From positions 310,001-374,000 of the forward strand of contig CT868650.1 of NCBI GenBank assembly GCA_000165425.1: a DNA stretch of 64,000 bases, in the 5' to 3' direction. The number at the start of each line of letters is the position of its first letter. Positions within the stretch are counted from its first letter, which is position 1. A model generated the notes under the pieces. The model did not search any database. It was not told where the DNA came from and saw only the letters and a list, made by a program, of their open reading frames with translations. The position numbers and the translations under genes were made by a program. The stretch is from Paramecium tetraurelia (Eukaryota). Positions 51,549-64,000 of the stretch are shown one piece after another.

Positions 51549-53156
51549 ATGATTTATCCAAAAAATAAACTATAATCTGCAGGGTAGTCGACTTTGTCTC
51601 GTAAAAACTATACTTCAGAATAAAGGGAAGAAATCAAAAGACAAATAGCTGATAGATTATCTAAGAAGTATGGTTTGGATTTGACGGAATAAATACATGC
51701 AAAAGTAAATAGCTATCTTAATCAAAATTAAACTATAACTGCCGAAGGGTATTTGAGTTTATTATAAATCTAGGATATAAAATTTGGAATAAGAAATCAG
51801 TCGTTAAAAGGCTTTGCCTTAATTATAATAATAATAATCTTCAAATCAAGTTAAGTAAAAAGATGAAGATGATTAAAAATCAGTTGTTTCAAAAATGTCA
51901 GGAGCATCGAATTTTGATATGGTAGATTAATACACTCACAAAACTGAAAAAAACACAGAAGAAAAGAAGAGCTAGAAAATGACTGGATTACATACAAAGA
52001 AGATAGAGAACGACCTGGCATTTCTGAATGAAGAAAATTAATGGGGTGCAATATACAAATACAATAAATATCTCTATGATAAGGAAACTGATATTAAAAA
52101 ACAAAGAGAAGTAGAGAGAAAGAAAAAGATTAAGGAAGAGTTGGATAAATAAGTCATTGAAAAATAATCAAAAAAAGTGTTGAGTAAAAAGGAAGAAAAT
52201 GCATTCTATGAAAATTAGATGTATCAATGTACATTATTTGATTAGAAAGAATAAGAAAAAGCAGAAAGAGTAAATATGTTCTGTATTTTTAGGCTAAATA
52301 TATTAAAATGATTGAGAAGTAAGCTAGAGATTAATAAGTTAAGGAAATCAAAAAAAATAGAAGAGTTGAAGAGAAATAAGAAAAGGCATTAGACAGCTAT
52401 ATGATATAGAAAGTAAGGGAAGAATTGGATGATGAATAAAAGTTTCTTCAATTTAAAAAGGAACATCAATATTAGGTCATGTAAAAATTAATGTCCGAAA
52501 ATGAAGAGAAGAAAAAGATCTAAGAGAAAGAAAAGGAAGATGAAAGATAGGAGAATATTAGATTAATGGATGCGTATTGCAAATTACTAGATAAATAGGA
52601 GGAGGAAAGATAGAAAGCAATGAAAGAAAGGGATGAAAAAATTAAATAATATTAGGAAAAGGCTATGGAAATGCAAGAGAAGGAATTAGAAAGTACTATA
52701 GATATTTCTATAATAAGAAAAAATTGGGCAATTAGAAAAAAGGGCTGATAAATATGAACAAAGAAAAGAGAGAAGGTTGCAAGAATTAGAAAAGGAAGCA
52801 GAAAGAAAGAAGTGGGAAACTAAGTTAAAAACAAGAGAGTATTTGAATAAATAAATGGAGGAAAGAGACGTTTAAAAGCAAAGAGAAAAATTAAAGGATT
52901 AAGAATAAGTAATTGCGTATTTAAAAGCTAGGCTACCTTATGGAAAGAAGATACTACTAATTATTTTTAATTTGAAAAGGAAAGAGATATTGAGAAAAAG
53001 AAAATCTACAAGGAATATTAGGATACATTACTTGAATAAATGAAAGAAAAATCTTAAGCAAAAAAAGGCATTATTGATGAAATGCTTAAACATGAATAAA
53101 TGTTAAGTAAAAACACATTGTCAGAATTAGATCAAATGAGACAAACAGCGCAATGA
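51549..53156 (+). CDS. Long E/K/Q/R-rich coiled-coil protein (trichoplein/TPH-like)
   Basis: ATG 51549, several introns, 'ENQWGAIYKYN' followed by charged heptads such as 'KIKEELDKQV' and 'TREYLNKQM'. TGA 53154-53156. Confidence 0.78.
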
Positions 53157-53301
53157 TTTATTTCATATATAATATTAAATTAATCTAAAAATAATTGTTT
53201 TTAGATTCTGTTGTTTAGTGTTCTTTTTCATAAATTAGATTAAAAATAATTTCTGATAGAGAATACATTATAGCATTGTATATTTTATCATCAATTTCAA
53301 T

Positions 53302-53841
53302 TCATTCAATGCAAAATTAAACTTTTCGTTACCCAGCATCAAAGGTTGTGTCCTGTTTTCTAAACTTACTGTACTTTAATTCTTATTTCAATATGCTCTT
53401 CACAGACTTTTCATCTGCCTATTTGCTTCTCTAGCTATCCAACATTCCATCATCTTCTATTGGCGATAGATCTCTGCTATTCAATTTTTCCTCAAATGTT
53501 TGTATTTTCTTTAAACGATTACTGTCTAAGGATTTTAATTTATTAGTAGCTTCAAAATTGCAAACAGGGGAATCGTTCTTTCTTTTTCCAATAGAAGTTT
53601 ATGATTTAAAAGGACTATCGTGTTTTTCCAACTACCCAATTAATTATATTTCTTTTTATGAATGAGATTGATGTTGCTCAGACTTTTTGCTCTATTGAGA
53701 TCTGAGATCTGCAAACCCTGGGGTTCCTGGTTCATCTGGACTACTTTTTCGAGATGATAATTTCTTTTTGGGTAATGGATTGCTATAATTAATATGATTA
53801 ACAAATACTAAATACTCTTATTAGGTTCCTGATTATTTCAT
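53302..53841 (-). CDS. Small disordered protein with SILK and RVxF-type motifs
   Basis: ATG 53841, S/K/P-rich body, 'KSILK' at 53386-53400, C-terminal 'RKVQFCIE*' (TGA 53302-53304). Confidence 0.72.
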
Positions 53842-54012
53842 AATAGCATCTTATTTTATTTAAATTTCAGTTTCCTTTTCTTCTAATTACTATTTGGTGC
53901 AGCACTATGCGCTTCCCATATAATTGTTGTATTGGGAAAATAATAATAACAAGTATTTTTTGAATTAAAATACATATTGGATTTATGATATGTATATAAA
54001 CTGAAAATAGAC

Positions 54013-54965
54013 TCATACATTCTTGACGCCTTCTTTTTAACAATCCTAATAAGAGGAGTACTTTTTTTAAGAAAAACAAGAATTTATCAACAGTATGTCT
54101 CCAAATACTTTGCTTTTCTCCATATTCGAGAGTGAATTTTTTGGAAAATGTCTAAATTAAATGCTTGAATCTAGTTTTAATTAAAAAATACTTTGTTAAC
54201 AGATTAGTCATATTTAACGATTTTTATATTTCGAATCTATTATAGCCATGGCATAATTAATGGAGCAATTTCTTTACATAAATTGTATCAAAGAAATTGG
54301 TTAGAACCAAATATCTTTTTGACTCAATTCGAAGTTATGTTGACAACTGTCTTCACATTTTCATTATTATGTAAAGGAATATCACCAGATCTCAAGTATT
54401 TCTTTAATTTATCTAAGTCTTGTAAAATTTCCTTAAAATGATCTAATTCTGTCAAACCATAAACCATAGTTAAAATGAGCCTTTTATAAATTACATACCA
54501 TATCATGATATTTGTAACAGTATTAATCCTAAAGAAATCTTTCATATTGTTTGAATGATTAGGAACCATGATTTGGTGTAGAGAAAGTTAAATTCAATTT
54601 AAAATGGTAAATTTGAAATTTACCAATCTTAGTAGTTATAAGCAACTCCATTAAGGACTCGAGATCTTCAATTTTTCTGAATTTCACTAAGTCCTTTACA
54701 CTTTTGATTCATCTCTCTCTTCGATTTCTGCTCCAGAAAATACAAGTTGAAAATCCTTGCTATTTTATAAGTTAAAACTCTTAACATTGTTCACACCAAG
54801 GGCCAACAAATTAAAAAAAAAAAGACTTCCATGTATCAAGAATGTATCAAGATGAATGTTGTAGTATTTTGTGGTCAACACAAGGACAGCTTCTTCTTCT
54901 GCTAATACAGTAATAAACCAAGATATTGCAATTTTTAGCACTCTATTGAATGTAAGTGATTTCAT
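54013..54965 (-). pseudogene. Decayed protein disulfide isomerase (PDI) pseudogene
   Basis: Signal peptide then 'EEEAVLVLTT'. Frameshifted 'FVGPWCEQC' (54784-54810). a'-domain relic 'KKYLRSGDIPLHNNENVKTVV...FL*YNLCKEIAP...NIKIVKYD' with in-frame TGA at 54324-54326 and 54288-54290. C-terminal 'TVDKFLFFLKK' in another frame. Confidence 0.8.
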
Positions 54966-55266
54966 AATTGAGACAAAATTGATTTAATTATATAATTTAT
55001 CGATTTTATAATCAAAACATAGAAGTATATGAATTATTTATTTTAAAGTATGATTCTTTTAAATTATTGAGGATATTTGTTATTTCTATGGAATGGGGTT
55101 TAGAGATATCTGAATGCAAGTGTTTTTCTTCTCTCATATACTATTGGTAGTATGTTGAATTAATCTGATAAGATTTCATAATTTCATGAGTAAGAAAACA
55201 AATTAAATTATCTAATAAGGAATAAAGGATCAATTTATTTGATATATATCTATATTAGATAATTTA

Positions 55267-56786
55267 ATGTAAGTATTAATTCATGCTTTATCTCATTATC
55301 CTGACCCTTAAAAGAGACCTAATGAAATTAAAGCTTAAATTTCTGAGGCTTTAGAGCAAATAAAGTTTTTCGCTGAATTCTTAAGGGGCGAAAAAATCAA
55401 ACAAAATGCTCGTCATTTACTTTTAGAATTTTCCAATTATTTATCCTTAGAAAGTTTCAAAAGTGGAGAAATAATTTGTCGAGAGGGTGATAAAGGAGAC
55501 AAGTAAATTATTTTGTTATCATTTAGATTTTATATTATACTTCAAGGCAATGTTAGTGTATACAGAAAAAATGTCAATTCGAATTATGAACCGAATTCTG
55601 TGTTGTCAGAATAGATTTTTATGGACTAAAATGTAAAGATCGGTCACCTAAAAGAAGGTGAAACTTTTGGTGAATTGGCTCTCTCATTAAATAAGCCTCG
55701 TTTTGCTACTATTAAAGCACAATCAACAGTTATCCTTTGTAGTCTCAGTAAGGACAATTATGCTAAAATGACTAATGTAATTTATTTATTTCTAGCATAG
55801 TACATGTAAAGAGAATTGAATTTGAAGACAAATGCTTTGGCTACTTTATTTCCGAAATTATCTATAAATTCTTTGATTCGTCTTGCTTATCTTTTGTAGA
55901 TTCAAATCTTCCCCAAAAACCATTGCATTTATAAGCAGGGAGAAATTGCTTCTGGGTTCTACATTCTTTCAGATGGAGAAGTCAAATTAGAATAAATTTC
56001 CAAAAATTCTACTTAAATATATATACCAATTATGGTTTTAACTCCGGGCAGTCTTTTTGGTGTATAAAATGTGCTAAAGAATTAACCATATGATAACTAA
56101 GCCATCTGCCTAACTTAAAAGGTTACGGTGTACAAATTTACTTGCGAATCTTTTGAATAACTTGGAGACGATTATAGTAAGAAAGCTTTACAGGCAGCCG
56201 AATAGACTTGCAGAAGAGAACCTAAAATATAAAGTTTATAATTGGTTTACTAGCCTGAAATAAGTAATTATATTTTATGATTTTTTGAAATTAGTATTAG
56301 AGAACTTGATGAATAGAATAAATAAAATCCAAAAAAATAAAGAACAATAAAATCTAATGGAAAACAATAGGAGAGGTGTAGGAAGTTAAGATCAAACATT
56401 ATCTAAAATTAGATTACTTTTAGAAATCCATTTTTTACTGATTTAGATGCTGACAATTTCAAATAGATAAAAAAGATATCAATTGAACAGATCAAACAAG
56501 CTGATGTTAAGAAGTATTACATTTCTAATACTTAATTCTTAGATACAATTAATAATTTGCAATATAAAACTACTTTGAACCTATTGAATTGGCTCCAATC
56601 CTAGATTCAATAAAAAGATAGAAGAATGCAAAATGCTTAAGTTTTGCCTCAATAAGAGAAAACACAGCAAATTAAACATCCATGTACTCATATCCAGCAA
56701 GTGGATACAACACTGCAAGAGTATTAACATTACCCTCCCCAAGTCATACCAGACATACATCTCATTCAAAAAAAAGTAGATTTTGA
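55267..56786 (+). CDS. Protein with two cyclic-nucleotide-binding domains
   Basis: 'FKSGEIICREGDKGDKFYIILQGNV...LKEGETFGELALSLNKPRFATI', second CNBD 'IYKQGEIASGFYILSDGEV..PGSLFG'. TGA 56784-56786. The true start may be upstream (55186). Confidence 0.85.
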
Positions 56787-56826
56787 ATATCTATTGTAAA
56801 TCAATCATAATAAAAATTTGATTGAA

Positions 56827-57618
56827 TCATTATAATGGTTTAATATTTTGATTATAGTGACTGGATAATACAGAATTTCTTTATCTTGAAGTATTATAGT
56901 GTTTTGATAATCTATCGGTTGATCTTCGTTACTCTAAATTTAAGGATATTTCTTTAACACTTGGTTGTCTGGTAGACTTTTAACTAATTGTTCTGTCTTT
57001 ATTTAATGATTGATTTTTTAATATACTAATTCCTGTTAGAGATTAATCGTTTTATTTTTTTTTAACAGGTCCTACCTATTTCTTTTTAGCTTAAATAATT
57101 TTAAAAGTTTTATCCGATTTTTTATTCGTTAATATGTCCTTCTTCTACTTTATTTGATCCTTGCTAATGCTGATTATTTCATTAGGTTTATGACTTTCAT
57201 ATTAGGATCTCATTGATTATTCTTATGCATCAAATTAAAGGTACTTATCTTATTAAGGAGTTGTAAAGTATTAGACCAATTCTTTAGAGCATGATCTCAT
57301 TGAATTTCTTTAAACTTATAGTTATGCAATAGATTCTATTCTTTGCTAATATCTTTAGATTGCATGTTTGACATCGAATTAAATTGACTTTAGTAGATTT
57401 CTCTCGTCTTCTTCAGATGAATTGATTGATTATAATTTCTCTAAGAATGAATTTTTTATGACTGAAATTCTTGATCCAACATCATTTTATATTAATTTAC
57501 CCAACCCACAATCTACATATCCTTTTGTGTTGACTTTAGTGAGTTATTTTTGAAATTTTTATCTTAATTGCTCCAATTTATTAATAGGAGGTTCAGATAT
57601 GCTATATCTTTATTTCAT
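56827..57618 (-). CDS. Hypothetical protein
   Basis: ATG 57618, continuous code-6 frame with one intron near 57000. TGA 56827-56829. Confidence 0.68.
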
Positions 57619-57688
57619 AGAAAATTGTGAAATATGATCGTTTAAAATAAAATTAACGATTATAATAATAAAATATACAATAATAAAA

Positions 57689-59686
57689 TCATAATTCATC
57701 AATCTCAGTAACATCTCTTAAATATACTTTCTTAGTTAAGATGACTTCATTGTAAATGACATATTTAGGTTTTTAATTGAATAATACAGATTCTGGATGA
57801 ATATAAGCTAATTAATTTGTTTGCTTTTCATTATTTAAATTCATACTTTTAATTTGTAGGCTTAATCAGAAGGAGAATATACTGCATGTTTAAACATTAA
57901 AGCCTCAGAGAGCACTTATTTAAATTTGTCATAATCCTCTTTTTCAAATTCTTTCTTAATGATTCTTTTCATATAGTCCTTTAATTGTTGCTTAACACTC
58001 ATTGCCTTTTGCAAAGTCTTATGATTTAGACAATTCTCTTTGCAAAAGCTTTTTTTATTTTAAGTCTCTTCGTACTTCCTTAATATATTGGCTTTCGTCA
58101 AATGATCAGAATTTGCAATTTTAAATTTAGCTAAGATTTTCTACATGCTCTCTTTGGTCCCCCTCTAAAAGTAGAACAAATTTTCCACTTGCAATATCGA
58201 AATTGAATTTAATGCCAAATCGAATATGCCACATTCATATGCTTTTATTAAAAAATGAGAAAATTAAGGTTCCAAAGGCAAGCTAGACATGTTTTTTCCA
58301 TGCTCTGTCAAATTAAACTCAGAATCCAAGGCCTTCAATTTTACTAATTGATTTAGATTGGCAAGCATTAATTCCATGTCAGGTCTGTCAATTAAGTCAA
58401 AGGTTAATACATTTTAAATTCCAATTGCCTTCATTTAAAGTATTACTGATAATAGATTCACTCTCAAGATTTCCTATTTTGATTTGTTTAATATTCATAC
58501 AGGTAACATGTATTTTGCTAATCTTTCATAAGTTTATTGAGTATAAAGACGATAGCATTGTCCCTATCTCTATCTCCCTGCCCTTCCTGCCCTTTATTCT
58601 GCTTAAGCCTTTGAAACTGGAGCCAATAATAAGGTATCAATAGCTTTCCCTATTTGAAAGGATCTAATCTTCACATAACCACAATCAACAACATAGACAA
58701 TACCATCGATTGTTATTGAAGTTTCAGCTATATTGGTAGCCAAGACTACTTTTCTATGAACAGATTTTTGAAATGCTTCAAGTTATACTTCAGGAGGCAA
58801 AGCTGAATATAGCATTTTAACATCTAATTATTTTTCTTGATTTGATATTTTCATTCTCTCTATAAGAATTTCTTTAACGTCTTCAATATCTTCTTAACCT
58901 GTTAAAAATGCCAGAATATCTCCTTCAGGTTAAGTAAAATGTAATTATAATATTGTGTTGACCATGGATTCCTAAATTATGAAATTCTTTACCACATAAT
59001 CCTATTGCCTTATTGGAACATTGAATACATCAACTGTATGAGTTCTTGCTTCAATTATGTGAATCTAAAATGGTAAATCAAAAGTATTACTGCTTCTGTT
59101 TCTAAGTAATTTGCAAACTTCTCAATTTACATAGTTGCAGACATCAAAATTACTTTCAATTATTTTCTTCTTCTGCATAAGTTTTTTAACAAACCCAATA
59201 ACAAATCTGATTATACAGTCCTTTCATGAGCCTCATCGATTATAATAACATCATATCGTTTTAATTATTGATCTTTATAATCCACAAAAATACCAATTAT
59301 GAATTCTCTGATGAGCATACCATCAGTCAAAAATGTAATTTATGTTTCTTTACTTGTGCAATCATCAAATCTGACATTATATCCAATTAATTATCCTAAT
59401 TTGGTCTATTTTTCTAATGAACATCTTTCTGCCAGAGTCATAGCTGCTACTCTAAAAATTAATGTTCAAATGACACCTTCGAGGTTGAGTGACTGCTATT
59501 TTTACATTTGGATCATTTTCATAAATATATTAAGGGATCTGTGTTGTTTTACCACAACCTGTTTCACCTGCTATAATTATCACCTAATCTAATAAATAGT
59601 AAAATGCTATTACTATCTCTTATTGATTTGATGATTTTTTCTCTAAATTAGAATATCGGCAACTACGTTCTAAATTCATTAAGCAT
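57689..59686 (-). CDS. DEAH-box RNA helicase (DHX33/Prp43-like, no long N-terminal extension)
   Basis: [56 protein letters not shown]2/OB-fold 'YIHPESVLF'. TGA 57689-57691. Confidence 0.94.
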
Positions 59687-60007
59687 CGCTAATTAAAAAT
59701 AAATTACTTAATATAAGTATAATTTAAATAATTCAAAAATAAAAAATATTTTCGATTAATTATGATAATCAATAACCTAAAACATTAGTTGATTCTCTTC
59801 TTTACTCAACTAATCAGAATTTGCATTTAACCATAAGGATTGTGCAAATTAAGGAGGTTAGAGTATCCTTTATAGAGCTAAATTGAATATTTTATTAAAA
59901 TTGGTTAAATATAATTTATATTTTAAATAATGAGACTGCCAATTCATTTGATAAATTAAAAAACTGATGTTGATTTTAATAAATAATAAGTTTACATAAT
60001 TATTTAA

Positions 60008-61925
<1,918 letters not shown>

Positions 61926-62040
61926 TTATTGTTTATTATTTATGCATTGAATTATATATTACCATCAATTCATTTATCTCTAAGTCGTAAAATATAAATC
62001 TTGCTGAATTATTATTAAATATACAAAAACAAATTATTAT

Positions 62041-63737
62041 ATGATTTTTTTTTTAATTATAATCTCTATTGATTAATTTTAAGCTATAAGAAACTTAGCC
62101 ATAACATTGGGTCCTTTAACTTAATAGTCTATTACCTATGTAATTTATTAGGATGAGCAACTTAATTAATAATTTAGCTTAAAGGAGACTCGTTGGAGCA
62201 ATTGTTCTCCATTGGATTTATTATACATTAAATCTAATGTGAATTAACAAGTTGCATATACTCCCTTAAATATAATAAACACTGGTGATAAAGATTTAAT
62301 TATAGATTCTTTGAGTCTTACAACTTAAAAAGGCTAGACTATGAAGATAGCACTAAGTAAATTTTATTTAATTTTTTAGATAATACTAATAATATTGTAG
62401 TCCAGAAAAAGGGAGTTGAGATCATAAATATCCAATATTTTTGTGAGAAGAAATTAGCAAAGGAAAACTATTGGGCTGTAATTGATATTACCCTCAAAAT
62501 ATCCAATCAATCTCTGAAATTTTCATATTAGTATATTTGCGATCCTAATTTCCATCCAAAAAGATTTGATTGGAGCTATTTGATTTTAATTGTAACAATG
62601 TCAACTTTTGTCCTCTTTCTAGCGAGGTAATAAAAATTAAGTGCATTTAAAATCACCTATTATGATAAATTGAATAATAAAAATGTTGTTGTGTTTTAAG
62701 GATTTCATTTAGGTTTGAAAGGGGCTATTATATATAATACTATATTTGCTGTAGGTGTAATTGCAGCATATGTATTTGAAAAAGCAGTAGAAGAATTAGA
62801 AGAAAATATAGTTCGATGCTTTTGCTTAATATTTGGATTTATTTTAATTAGTGAAGTGAGCTTTTCTATTTAATTTAGCTTTGTTACAAAATGAAATTTT
62901 TAAAAATACGAATCGTTTCCATCCTAAGGGCTTGCGATATCATTGGATTACTTGTAACTATTATAACTTTACATTTGTATGTAGATCTTAATGAACCTTG
63001 GATTGTATTAAAATTATTAAATATTATAGATTAGCAATTTATTAACGATCTATTTGGTTGGGACTTCAATCAAGTTATTCAAAATAACAAGCTTAAAAAA
63101 TGGATTGCACTTTTTTATTCCCTGCATAATAATGGACATCCTTTTTTCAATATATGGTAGCTTTTTTGTTCGCTATGAGTGGGATAGTCTTGTTATGAAA
63201 TACTTTAATACACCTCTTACTGCTTAGTTTCCATACTTCTATCCTATTTATAAAAAAAAATGCGGCTGGTTGTCCATCACTTCTATTTTGTTTCCTGCAT
63301 TTTTCCTTGCTTATGCCCATAGAGTTGATCGATATAAGGATTCTATAATTTATAGATTAATATCATATATAGGTTTACAAGTTGGATTGACCTTATGGTT
63401 TACATTTTCATCTCTTTATTCTATACCTTTGCCTGTTTCATCATTTACTCTATTTCCAACAATAGGAATTAGTGCTATTATTGCATTTCAGAGAAATGAA
63501 ATTAAAGTGATGTGGAATGGTGATTTTTATGATCAAGTTTTATTAAATCCTTGGAGACATTAAATTCAAGCAGGGGAAAGAGGATCAATTCATGTCTTGA
63601 ATAAAAAAGGAAACGATGAAACGGAATTACAAAATCTTGCAGATTAAGAATCATAAAATTAATAAACTTAACTTCTAAGAATATCTAGAGGTTAAATTAA
63701 ATTACACAACGAGTTATTTTAGGGATTATTGGATTGA
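62041..63737 (+). CDS. Signal-peptide-peptidase-like (A22B) protein, catalytically degenerate
   Basis: Signal peptide, luminal domain, 'WILSNLL...FKITSLKNG...IIMDI', 'WLSITSILFPAFFLAYAHRVD', 'RNEIKVMW' match the SPPL layout. GxGD and PAL motifs are lost. TGA 63735-63737. Confidence 0.8.
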
Positions 63738-63907
63738 TTTGTTTGTGAATTAAATGAAATTTATACTATTTATAATTTTCTAATATATAGTCCCTAATTG
63801 TAATCTTATATTCAGAATTTTACATATATTTAGGGTTAATAAATATATATATAATATTTCCTAAATTGTTTATAATAAATTAAAAACTTTAAACAACCAT
63901 TATTGAA

Positions 63908-64000
63908 ATGAATTTTAGGAAAAGTCGATTAAAGTAATCCCCATTTACTGCATCCAAATTCTCTTAATCGTATTTTCAACCACTGGTTCCTAATTAAAAG
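63908..64000 (+). CDS. 5' start of a hypothetical gene truncated by the window edge
   Basis: ATG after an AT-rich gap, open to the window end (MNFRKSRLKQSPFTASKFSQSYFQPLVPNQK). Confidence 0.45.

Overview
This is eukaryotic, very AT-rich, gene-dense DNA from a ciliate, almost certainly a Paramecium macronuclear chromosome. In-frame TAA/TAG codons sit at Gln positions inside conserved domains, and only TGA terminates (translation table 6). Genes are split by ~20-33 nt GT..AG micro-introns, and intergenic gaps are often <100 nt. The supplied standard-code ORF track therefore fragments real genes and lists many spurious antisense ORFs. Re-reading by hand under code 6 gives ~40 gene models: the 3' part of a Dicer with two intact RNase III domains (Dcr1-like), six protein kinases (a pseudokinase-kinase tandem, a MAPKK, two CAMK-like kinases, a kinase-propeller-CaaX fusion and a CDPK), WD40, PAP2, tectonic, ERGIC/Erv41-46, Gfo/Idh/MocA, kinesin-8, IQ-MORN, LITAF, a K+ channel, a Qc-SNARE, striatin, a Cache sensor, a cNMP-binding protein, a DEAH helicase and an SPP-like protein, plus one decayed PDI pseudogene. 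The most unusual items are an HMG-HMG-chromodomain chromatin protein, a fully 'pseudo' TM-PAS-histidine kinase-REC-REC protein, a membrane-anchored tandem dynein-light-chain-like protein, a zinc-ribbon-less TFIIB-like protein and a standalone Sin1-CRIM-like protein. No rRNA, tRNA, CRISPR array, transposon or telomeric array was seen. All domain calls are by eye from motifs, with no database searches. CDS coordinates span ATG to TGA including introns.
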